A program made the translations under genes and the position numbers. A stretch of DNA of 64,000 nt. It comes from Euprymna scolopes. Lineage: Eukaryota. Numbering within the stretch: the first letter of the stretch is position 1; every line of letters begins with the position of its first letter. The notes beneath the pieces were generated by a model, which saw nothing but the letters and a program-made list of their open reading frames with translations, was not told the origin of the DNA and did not search any database. The DNA is taken from NCBI GenBank assembly GCA_053919585.1, contig CM132806.1. One strand, given 5' to 3'. This document shows positions 41,106 through 52,790 of this stretch, one piece after another.

Positions 41106-41261
41106 ATTTGCTAAAACCAAAAAAAAACAAAAAAAAAAACAAACATAGAAAATTAATGATTTTAAAAATATTTTAGATATATATTTGCTAAAACCAAAAA
41201 AAAAAAACAAAAAAAAAAAAACATAGAAAATTAATGATTTTAGAAATATTTTAGATATATA
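41106..41261 (+). repeat. Tandem duplication of ~78 bp
   Basis: atttgctaaaacc-A-runs-catagaaaattaatgatttta.aaatattttagatatata occurs twice. Confidence 0.85.
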
Positions 41262-41489
41262 GGATAAGGATATGGAATATTGAGGATAAAAATCATATTG
41301 TACTTTAAATCAAAATGAATCTTAAATCTTGAAATGGAAATTCCTAGTTATAAGGAGGTAAAGAAAGGTATTAGGTAGCAATTACATGTCAAACATATTT
41401 CCTTCCTTTCACCGCTTCATTACATATATACAGAAAAGAATTTATTCATATAATATTCAAAAAATTATCTATAATGTAAATATAACCTG

Positions 41490-41847
41490 CTTGTTTAAAT
41501 GTATGTATGTATGTGTGTATGTCTGCCTAAAACTTTCGATAGAGGCGACGGATTTTCAGGATATTGTTTTGATGCTCGACCATTCATACGACAAATATTG
41601 AAAAATTGGCTAAAACATATTTTTCTTCACCCTGAATTGGGCCATCCCCTCTTATCGATTGATTAGCCTTAATTTAAACCTTCCCTACTTCCGGTTTGGT
41701 GATAGTTGCAACGGCTAAGACGTCACGTCTTTTCTCATTCTTTTCCTCCTTCGCTGTATTGGTTTGAGCTTGCTTGCCCACTACCACATTTTATTTTGGC
41801 AAGAACACACCGGCAAACAACAGGGATACGCCGAACATCAAGGCTAG
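41490..41847 (+). mobile_element. Helitron-like non-autonomous repeat (related copy at ~62420-62830)
   Basis: (GTAT)n subterminal repeat, shared cctaaaactttcga.agaggcga and downstream blocks with 62420-62830, ends GGCTAG|T. Confidence 0.55.
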
Positions 41848-41988
41848 TCATATGTATAATAATTATTATTATATAAAATTATTTGGCTGAAATTGTTTTA
41901 TATAAAATATTACATCTAATAATATTTTTTAAAACAAAAAATCACTGGGATGCAGATCAGTAGATATATTCAATATCATCATTCTCAA

Positions 41989-42044
<56 letters not shown>

Positions 42045-42201
42045 TAGAATATAAAGCACGCTTTAAATAAAGAGAGCGTATTATTCAGTTCAAACTGCTT
42101 TTAATACATAGACATATATTAACCTATAAGGAAACAAGTAAACATGTGATCCAGATAAGCAGTTCATTGTATGTGTGTATATATGTTCATAAATACACAC
42201 G

Positions 42202-42262
<61 letters not shown>

Positions 42263-43344
42263 AATATCGCGTATTTAAACAACATGTCTCAATTCGTGCA
42301 AATATATTTTAACTAAGAATTGATTTTTCATCATNNNNNNNNNNNNNNNNNNNNNNNNNNNNNNNNNNNNNNNNNNNNNNNNNNNNNNNNNNNNNNNNNN
42401 NNNNNNNNNNNNNNNNNNNNNNNNNNNNNNNNNNNNNNNNNNNNNNNNNNNNNNNNNNNNNNNNNNNAGATGTTATCAATACAATATATACTAATAATTA
42501 TAGAATGTTTTCTTTTTTTTTGCTAAATGGGATCTCATTCCGATGCAAATTAGCGTCGCATTTATGTTCATGCATTCTACTGAAAATGTATTTTTTTTAT
42601 TTGTCTGTTAGAGTAAAATCTAAACTATTTGTTGTAATGCATTTGTTGTTTTATATATTCTTTATCCAATGTTTTCCTAAAACTGTATGAAGTATATTTT
42701 CTTGTATTTTAAGCTTGATGTATTATCCTCGGTACGATATTATCATAAGGGATTGCGACCCAACCACTTATGGTGGTCGATTTTTACATCAATAACGGTT
42801 ATGATAGAACTTAGTAGGAGTTTTTATTGTATGAACAATCCAGGAGATTTTCGATTGCCTTGCTGACTCCATTTATTTGGCCGATGATTCAACCCAAACC
42901 AAGAAAAATATCTTCAGTCAGCTAATTTGGGAGTGCTGGTAATTATATATTGATACTAACATTGTTTTGCTAAGTAAACAATGTATTTGGAGTGTATGGT
43001 AGTGAAAAGTTCTTTTATGTTGCGACCGGTAGCAATACCTGACCATGAGGTCAGGTCCTAAGGACTTCACGGCATGAGAGCACCTCGATGGAAATTTACC
43101 TTGATAAGCGATTATGTACAATTGGAACTGGACCAATCAGAAGGGAATGAGATATGACGCAGCGGCCACTGATTGGCTGGATTGGACCGTGGAGCTCCAG
43201 TCCCTACCATCTCCGATCATTATATAAGCTTATACACCAGTGATTTGAAAGGAGACCACATTTGAGTTTAACGGAAATCAGAGTTTACATTGAGTTTAGG
43301 AGAAGATATCTCGAAGCCCTGACCGGTGAGCATACGCCGACGTT

Positions 43345-43643
43345 TAGTATCGCCGTTAACTCTTCTCCCTCTAGCTAGCTGAAAGATACCTGATTAAGTA
43401 CGTTTTATGGAGTGTATGAAAAGAGATTCGTGGCTTGTTTAAACCCCCTGCTGCTAGAACGATTGATCGTTTTGACGTTATCGCTTACAAAATTCTCCTT
43501 CACCCTTTATGGCGAGATAAGCAGAGAGCACATACAACATCTGGAAGTACTAAATGGTCACCCATTTAGTACTGACCAGGTTCACGTTGCCTAACTTCGG
43601 TGATATTGCGAGAAACGCTGTGTCAACATGATTTTGCTTTATA
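43345..43643 (-). mobile_element. 5S rRNA-derived SINE (SINE3-like), copy 1; 5S head 43531-43643
   Basis: Plus strand ggtcacccat..gtactgaccagg..acgttgcctaacttcggtgat..cgagaa aligns to the reverse complement of invertebrate 5S rRNA. Body resembles 31375-31555. Confidence 0.7.
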
Positions 43644-44539
43644 AGCAAACTATAAGTAGCAAAAAAAGACAAACAGTTATTTGCGACTGTTTCACCTTTT
43701 TTTTTCATTTTTCACTACTATCGAGATTAACGATACATGCAAATGGTATTTGTTTGAACAGACTCTTGGCGTCACGATTCAAGCACTTATAAGTGCATTC
43801 ACACTTTTTTCTCCATTGTACTAGACTTTGTAATAAGATCGTTAGAGCGTCAATATGACCTACAGTTGTAACAACTTATCAGCTTTTTAAAAACAATTTT
43901 CTTGATTACTGTACGGATTAATTTTCCGTTATTTGCAAGAACTAACACTGTCCGAGTGACGGTGCAGGGGACTTAACCTAATTAGAACGTGGGATGTGTG
44001 CCTTTGTGTTGGATTCAAAAAGATCGTTTTCGTCAATCTTGGGAATGAAGAAAGCTGAAGCGACAAACCACCCTAGTCTCTGTGTAGATGATCAAGGCCA
44101 AGCGACCGTGGTGTGAGAGTTGTTCTAGGTATAATTGTTGGCATTTTTTGGTGTTTACTGATCGGAAAGGTCTAAAACGAAATCATACACCAATGATTAA
44201 CCCCGGTAGGGCACCGTCGGCTTATCTTGGGTGGCCGGTGTAACAACTTGATTAGCCTCGCGTTATAAAATGATGGTATAGATGTTATTAATTAACATGC
44301 CAAACCGTTTAAAATTACAATGGGTTACACCCGCACAGACACAGGCACATACACACACTCCCACACATACACACACACGCATATATATTTATATATATAC
44401 ATATATATATTTATATATATATAATTTCATTTATAACCCTATAATAGTATAATGTTATATAATATATCGTGTGTTAATATTTAGTATGTGCTTTCTCGAT
44501 ATTAAAAAGTGTATAGAGCTCCATACTAAGTTAGAATAT

Positions 44540-46371
44540 TAAGACTTCGTGCTGCGGTGGCGTTCTTAAACAGGAGAGCATCTGAGGAGGTCACTGATGG
44601 GACGATGCGGTACTCGATGCCCCTCTCAACACAATGCTGGAGGAATTCTTCACCAGAGAGTGTAGGGAGAACCCTGCACGAGGCAGATTGTGCGTCGACA
44701 GTCGGGGCCTGTTTATGTGGGTTGATGCGAGCTTTCTTGCCACGGGCGTATCAATAGTCCATGATGGGGCCGTGGTAGAAATGCCTGCTGATTACGCCAA
44801 GAACGGCGATCCTCTGAAAGTCTACCCTGCGACTGTTTACAGATTGACTGCGTCCACAAGTGAATTTCGGGCACCCTTACTGGGAGGGCCAGAGTACGGA
44901 CTAAAGCTACGAGCGAGATGCTCATCCGACGGTTGCTCGATACCATCATAAGGATCAAATAGAATATGCGCTGTCAATGGAAATCTCCCTGGTCAGATCC
45001 GGCCTGAACAAGGATGATTGTTTAACAAGAGTTCCCGCAGATAGATTGACGCTACTAGAAGAACAATCGATTCCATACAACCGACCTGCGCCGCAGCCGC
45101 GTGTTCTGCTTACTTTGATCGAATCAAGGAATTCCACCACCAAAGTAAACATTCAGGAATCAATCGAACCTTGTGTTTTGCTAAGTTGGATGACCCTGAA
45201 GTACGAAAAGCAGGCGTTAAAAGACAAATTGAGAGCTGCGTGGCTTGTCAATCCATAGACCCGGCATCCGTTCACTGAGAAAAAGAAAACTGGTTGTAAA
45301 GATCCACTGGAGCCGGCTGGCGATAGATGTTACTCACCAAAACGGCGAGGATTAGCTAATGATCATTGACTGCGTCCCATCTAGGTGCAAGCAATCATCA
45401 TTCAGCTAAACGGCATCTTCCTCGAAGGTGGCCCCCCCCAACAGAGATACTAACTGACAACCGCACCGCTTTCATCAGTGAACAATTCAGAAAGTTTGCC
45501 GATGGCTTGGGAGTGCATCTGCAGTTCTGATGTGCCTGCATACCGAGTGTCACAGGACTGTCAAAACTATCGCCGCCAGAACGGGCTGTGCGGTGTCTGA
45601 AGCAGTTTATTTATACAACGTGACCCTTTAGGATGATGCATCACCCTCTACACCACCGGCCGACATTGTACAAGTATCACGTTAGGGGGAAGAGAATACA
45701 AACGAACCTAGTACCTGAGACGAAAGTAACTGGAGGGAGGCTAGAAAAACGGTATGTTGTCTGGATCAAGAACCCGCGCGGAAAATGTACGACTCAATAT
45801 GGACATTGACGCATCACTGAAGTGATCAGCAAGCAAGCAGTGTGTGTCGACGATGTCCCCCATCACATTAAGGACTTACGGCCGATAACACAATTGCGGC
45901 TACCCGTGAACAAGGAACCTGGTTCACAGCAGCTCCCTCAGAAGGTGACTGATATCAGTAGCCTCCCAGCGGAAGCGGGATTCTTCAACCCTCAATCCGC
46001 GGAAGGGAGCTTAAGCGAAGAAGAGACATGCATCGTTCTCCTTCGGAGAAGCACCTGGCGACAGCGATCACCCCATCCCCTAAAATTGCCATTTCTGCGA
46101 TCATGAAATGGCGGCTGTTGTCTTTTAAAGTCTCCGGTCACGCGTAGATCTTGAGCAGTCTCGTGCGGTATATGCAAATTGGGTGTGCCCGAAATATTAT
46201 AAAAGGCGAGTCGCTGAGAGGAGTGGGAGACGCTTTTAAGACATACGAATAGAGAATGTCGACGTGTATCTCGTGTTGTTAACAACGAACTCTACTCGAC
46301 TACAGAACCTCTGCTTGACGTTTTAACCAAAACGTTTTGTTGCTTTGTGTTAGATAAAGACATCTGATACA
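44540..46371 (+). mobile_element. Ty3/Gypsy LTR retrotransposon remnant (RNase H, integrase, partial 3' LTR)
   Basis: WVDASFLATGV (RNase H); HHQSKHSGINRT...CVACQSIDPA (HHCC); WSRLAIDVTH and LTDNRTAF (integrase core). LTR-like 46105-46371 ends CATCTGATACA. Confidence 0.8.
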
Positions 46372-46399
46372 TATCCTCTTACAAATATATTTGATATTA

Positions 46400-46670
46400 C
46401 TGATATGGGTTAATAGAGGGATGAGAGATCATCTATGATAAGAGATTCTAAAAAGTTAACGTGAAAACTTTTTAAAAATTATACACATTGTAATGAAAAC
46501 TTTAGACATAAATGTAGAAGTAGCGTCTAAAATAGAAATAACTAAAGGCTTAGATTTAACTCTAAACCTTAATATAAAATAATGATGAGTTATGCATAAA
46601 AAATAATGTTAATCTAACATACGTAACTCCAAAGTAATACAAAGTCCATCAATTATAAAACAAGTCAACC
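46400..46670 (+). mobile_element. Possible Penelope-like element RT fragment, very degraded
   Basis: Pieces resembling GLYRDD, LDLTLNL and PSIIKQ motifs, in mixed frames. Confidence 0.4.
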
Positions 46671-46679
46671 ACATCAGTC

Positions 46680-47032
46680 AAAAATAATCTTTTTTAGTGA
46701 CATGTAATATGGTTTCCGTGCTGCTAAATCTACAGCAGATTTGTTAAGGGTTATATCTCATAGAATGAGTGAATCTCTTGACGGAGGCTTCCTTTCTAAG
46801 GCAATTGCACTTGACATATCAAAGACCTTTGATAGAGTATTACGTAAAGGTATACTTCATAAGATATCAAGCTATGGTATAACTGGAAATGTTTTGTCAA
46901 TTATTAAATAATTTCTGTCGGATAGGTTCATAAGTGTAGTGGGTGATAGACATAAATCAGAAGCTTACAGTATTAATGCTGGAGCCCGTCGGGGATCCAT
47001 CCGGGGTTCAACTCTGTTCCTGATCTACATCT
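46680..47032 (+). mobile_element. CR1-type LINE reverse transcriptase fragment
   Basis: YGFRAAKSTADLL...IALDISKTFDRV...GILHKISSYGITG...INAG...GSTLFLIY. Confidence 0.85.
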
Positions 47033-48549
47033 TAAATGAGTATATACACGGTGTAAAACTTAGCTAAAAAGATATAACTTTGAAATACAGAGTTTTTGTT
47101 AACGTTAGCAATGTATATAATGAACATGTTCGTTGTTTATTTTAAATACAGTAGTGAAGTCATTTGAATAGTTCATATAAGATACCCCCTATTATTCTGG
47201 GTTATTTGTTAATCATTTCGTTCACGATATCATACGTTCGAGTACGACCGCCGAAAATATTTCCTCATAACATACACACGCATAGGTTCGACTTTGCTAC
47301 ATGGCTATATCTGGAATATAAGGACACTAGTCGCATGTTCATAGAGTATCGTGGCTATTACAATATCTGAGATGGAACGCAGTATTTTCACTTATAAGCT
47401 CTCGCACTGTTTACAAATTTCCAGTCAGACGAGTGTCACGAGTATTTTACACGCTAATAAATGATTTACATGCACTACAAGAATATGCTTAGATTATCTC
47501 TCTCCAAAATAACAGCATAGTATGAATACAATTTCATATGCATGTTATACTAATCTCTCCATATCGAATAATATATTACTACAAATGACTTTTTTCTTTA
47601 ATTGTTTCTTATTGTCATTTCCGTCACCATCCTGCTTCTTTCGATCCTAGTGACAGGTTGAATGTTTAATCCAATGCGCCTATAAATATGTAAATTTAGT
47701 CCATTTATTATTATTTAGTGTAGACCAGTACAATTATGCGGAAGTACTTATTGTTGGCGTCAGTGAAAACTGTTGAACAAATCCAAAGTAAAGTTTTCAT
47801 TGAAATATGTTTGACAAATATTTCAGCCAACTAATCATTACAATTTACAAGGAAGAAATGTATTATTAACTTTTCAGAAAACAATAAAATATCATTTCGG
47901 AAAACATAAAAAAAATAATTCATTACTGACTTTTTAGAAAAGAAACATCGCCACGGAAAAATTAAACCCCATTCAATATTCCAAGTTAATAAAAATATGT
48001 CATGGTCAAAGCTAGGCTTACAAAATATGGCATACTCAACATCTTTCAATAAATAATCCTAAAAAAGTTCAGCACGGTGATTTTTAAAGTAAATCATACT
48101 ACTTAAATAAGCCTCATGAATTATTATGAAATTGTGGAATGTGAATAAAATTGTCAAAATTAAACTCACATTATAATTTTCAATACATTTTAAGATAAGT
48201 TCTTTTATTTAAGAAAGTTGAATAAAGGTGTAGATAAGCGACAAGAGAAAGAGAGAAGATAAATGAAACATTCGTCGATAAATCACCGCAATGTGTTCTT
48301 TATGCACACACGTCATTGATGTAAAATAGAAGTCATAAGAGATTGCAAATGTATTTGAAAACAGGTTCTGTCACCCACTGTTGGTAAAGGCAGCCATTTA
48401 TTATCTTCGGGGACTGGGCATGAGTACGCCCGATTAATTGTTTAGAGTGGTCAAAGATAAAATGATCGAATACCACTTGGGAGATAGAAATACATATGCG
48501 TGCGTAAGTCTATATCAACATATATATGTTTGTGCGTATGTATGTATGT

Positions 48550-48590
<41 letters not shown>

Positions 48591-48660
48591 CGTATATAAG
48601 TGAATGCATGCAAGCCTTCTTATGTATATATTTATATATTTAAGCATCTATATGCATATA

Positions 48661-48790
48661 CAGAGGATGACCCAAAAAAACAGAGGACATTCAATAGTTT
48701 TTCTGAGCATTTTACAGGCAACGGAGAAAAAAGGCCAAAACACTACAAAACGGGGCGTAATGCGAGTTGGGACCCGTGTTTTTTGGGTAA

Positions 48791-48795
<5 letters not shown>
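48661..48795. mobile_element. Short Tc1/mariner-type MITE
   Basis: TA-flanked imperfect inverted termini CAGAGGATGACCCAAAAAAAC and the reverse complement CAATGTTACCCAAAAAAC. Confidence 0.5.
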
Positions 48796-48848
<53 letters not shown>

Positions 48849-48986
48849 TCTATAAAATTATGCACGCGCGTATCATCTTTCTATTCTTCTTGTATTCGTA
48901 TTTATCTAGTTCGTTCGATGTAAATATTTTACTAGTATATATATATATGTATAGATATATATATATATGTACTTTAATTAGATTGC

Positions 48987-49037
<51 letters not shown>

Positions 49038-49191
49038 TTTAATTAGTTGGCAGATATATGTATCAATACAGGCTATATACGTATATAATTATGCATTTTT
49101 ATATCAGTATGCATATGCTTACACAATTATTCTATACACGTAAAGCTATATTGATGCATATATTTGAACACACACATCACATAAGTGTGCG

Positions 49192-49253
<62 letters not shown>

Positions 49254-49256
<3 letters not shown>

Positions 49257-51426
49257 TACCGCCAAAAAGAAAGGCCGCATATGTCATTTATTCAAAAACT
49301 TCAAATTTAAGCAATATTGAATGTAAATGATTAAACAATTTACCCCTCATTTGATTCTCTTTTCATTCCTTTATAATTTTACCTGTCTATATTTAACTTT
49401 AACGTATCCTACTGTTCACATCATTGTAAAAAAAAGCTTCAACTCGAGAAAGCAAAAAGAAAACTTCCGCAGTAAAAATCGTAAAATATCCATGTTTAAG
49501 CATCTTTATCCCTTAGTGTTTTTGTTTCTATTTTATACAACGTAACATTTACTCAACAAACTTTGAGTCTCTCTTAGTGATCGTCACGAGCTCATTTATC
49601 TACACCTTTCTGTTTTATCCAATCGTGAAATCAGTCGCTGATTTTAATGTGATGAGTAAACGGTACGAATAACTGCAAAAGCACCAAAGCACCGGCAATA
49701 TCCGCGATGCTCCTAAATCTAATCGTCCTAATGTTACTTCTTACATGGAATACAATACTATCAAGATTAGGAACAGATTTGAAACGGCTCCCCAAAATCC
49801 AACAACAGTATAATCTTTTTAAACCTGGTCTCTTTCTACATTTTAAAAGAGATTGAAGGAATTTGATCGTCTATGCCGTGTTCTCAGACACAAGCTATGA
49901 TTTCTGTAAAGAATATAAAGCTTTGCCAGGATTACTCAGATACAATGAATATTATGGCTTTTCATATTGAATAATTTTTAACGACGAAAGCAAGTTCAAT
50001 AGATTTGTCAGTGATTGTAGGCTGTGCATCCGTCCAGGTGCACGATTTCAGCCCTGCAAGTTCAATAGATTTGTCAGTGATTGTAGGCTGTGCATCCGTC
50101 CAGGTGCACGATTTCAGCCCTGCAAGTTCAATAGATTTGTCAGTGATTGTAGGCTGTGCATCCGTCCAGGTGCACGATTTCAGCCCTGCAAGGTGATGGA
50201 TAGTTTGTTTTGGTGTGCGGCGTAATTAGTACGAATGGTCCAGGGCCTATAAGTCGTTTGCAATGTCGAAATATTTCGACCAACTGTGGAACAATAACGT
50301 AGCTTCCTTTTGGGGTAGCCGGGTAATTTCTATTAATAAACCTTATACCGAACTCCTAACCTTGTGCCTAACTTGTTCTATAATTTTGAGGAAATGCAGG
50401 TGTGTCACAAAGGTGCTTTGTGATTTTAAAAATGTTAGAACATATCAACCATATTTTATTGACAAGTGTTTGTAATAATTTGTCAATGTAAAATCGTGTG
50501 AGAAAGGTCAACATTATATGCAGGTAGCTGAATTTGAAAACAACAACACAATTGCATGAAAACGTATATTTCTTTCGCTCTCTCTCCCCCCCTCTCTCTC
50601 TTTCTCTCTTTCACTTCCTTTCTCTTTCTTTCAAGTAAGAAGAAGAGGTGAATTGAATTGTAATTCTTTTTTTTTTTTGTAAGAATTGGGACTTGGATTA
50701 TGTGCGCGACCAGACGCATATAGCAGTTTTCCCGCACGCATGTGTCGACGACTAAATAAGCTCCTCCATTGTTAAACGTAAAATAAATTATATATTTTTA
50801 TAAAAATGCATTTTACGCTATTTTTGTACAAGCCTTCGATTTCAGAGTGTGGTCTCTGCCATATAAACGACGATGGAAAAGCTACGTACATGCAATTAAG
50901 ACTCAAGAACCGACCCATACCAACCGGTTCTAGTCGACGACATATCCACTCGTTGATATTTCCATGTGCCCATCATTTGATATTAGATACCTTGTCTAAC
51001 ACCCAGGGTGCTGGTTTCCTAAACCAATTAACTCTCCCCGTCAACGATCGTGTCATACAACTAGAATATGTTGATTGGGCATATTTTACCCTTCGTTAAA
51101 CGGAAGCTGGGTGATAATCTCATATTGATACAGGATAATTCTCCCATTCACAGAGCTGGAAATGTCAAGAGGTTTATTGAAGAGCATGATATTCTTTTTG
51201 TGAATTGGCCGGAACAATATTCTTACCTCAATGTTATCAAAAACGTATGCCATTATATTAGGCATCAGCTACGCAATGATAAAATTTAAATTCTGGAATA
51301 ACTTTGGATAAAAATTAAAGAGAAGTTGCCTGCTCTTTCACTTGAGTAACTCAAGAAAATGGCCCAAGATTTGATTGTCTGATTAAGCTTAAATGTGTGG
51401 TTGTTGAAAAACTGTATTGTGCTTAT
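49254..51426 (+). mobile_element. Tc1-type (DD34E) DNA transposon remnant, interrupted
   Basis: TA|CAGTACCGCCAAAAAG terminus; TGNIRDAPKSNRP; IFNDESKFN; then QDNSPIH...WPEQYSYLNVIKN with 34 residues between the second D and the (mutated) E position. About 750 bp of unrelated sequence lies at ~50300-51060. The right end runs into a gap. Confidence 0.82.
49990..50192 (+). repeat. Three perfect tandem copies of a 66-bp unit inside the Tc1 transposase
   Basis: Unit gcaagttcaatagatttgtcagtgattgtaggctgtgcatccgtccaggtgcacgatttcagccct, three identical copies plus gcaag. Confidence 0.97.
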
Positions 51427-51656
51427 NNNNNNNNNNNNNNNNNNNNNNNNNNNNNNNNNNNNNNNNNNNNNNNNNNNNNNNNNNNNNNNNNNNNNNNNNN
51501 NNNNNNNNNNNNNNNNNNNNNNNNNNNNNNNNNNNNNNNNNNNNNNNNNNNNNNNNNNNNNNNNNNNNNNNNNNNNNNNNNTGTATATACCTGTGCATAT
51601 ATGCACATTTTCGACATGTATAACTTTTATGCATGTAAGTATATATGTACACACAT

Positions 51657-51691
<35 letters not shown>

Positions 51692-52610
51692 AAGAGAGAG
51701 AGAGAGACATACACACATACGCATAAATATAAGGTAAGGGTGTGTAGAAAAAGGTTACGATGGATGCAGTAGAATGAAGGGTTTGCACTGAGTGATTTAA
51801 TGTGATTGAATTGTTGCGTGCCTGCACTGAAAGCTCTTTTGCAAATGAGTAATTTACGAGACCTGCAGATCGTTGTGTGTCCGACTACCCTTGAGATATA
51901 TCCGGTGATGGACTGACGCTCGTCATTTATTGGTGTATAAGGAATAGAAAAACTAAACTGTTTCTATGGAATAAAATAAAAATAAAATCGAGTTGCACTG
52001 AAACAAAATCGAACTGTGAAAATGTTAAGCGAATTGGACTGTCTCCGAAAGGTGAACCCTCCAGCGATGTCTATTGAAACTGGACATAAACTTGATGCAA
52101 ATAACAGATGCAAAGGCATCTATATATTCATGTAATGGTGTACATTGTTTTCAATTTCAGCTTAAGAATACACTAGGAAATATTATCTAGTAAGAGTGAC
52201 GGACTCACATGCTGACTAATAGATAGGTGGATAAAATCCAATGGACATGTGTTGAAAAGAGCAAATACTTTGTGAATGTTTTATTTGAAGAAAAATCTAA
52301 AGGCTTTTATTTTACTAAAAAGAATGTGACAGACAATTAAAACTTGGATTTCTTATTAAGGCAAGGCAAACCAAACATATTATTCATTTGCCCCCAAAAT
52401 ATTGAAACATAAATCTCATACACTCAACCAAATCGGTTTAATATACGAAAGTTGTGCCATTACAATTATAAACGTAAGATTTATACATAAAACATATATC
52501 AATCTTAATATTAAAGCCAATTTTTTACAATGTTGATTTCGTTTAAATCGCCACCATATGTAAATGATGTTTTGAATTTTACAACAATAAAGCGAAAACA
52601 ATCTCAGTGA

Positions 52611-52790
52611 AACTTGGAATTAATGATAATAGTGATAAAATTTGAATATATAAACATAAACTTGGAATTGATGATATAACTAGTGATAAAATTTGAATAT
52701 ATTAAAAAAAAACTTGAAATTAATAGTATAACTAGTGACCAAATTGGAATATATAAACATAAAATAAGAATTGATAGGATAACTTGTGAT
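52611..52790. repeat. First ~3.5 units of the same 51-bp satellite, separated from the rest by the CR1 insertion
   Basis: Same unit and orientation as 54886-61412. Confidence 0.92.

Noticed and set aside
49990-50192. CRISPR-like array
   Set aside because: Units are contiguous and identical with no spacers; eukaryotic context with no cas genes.
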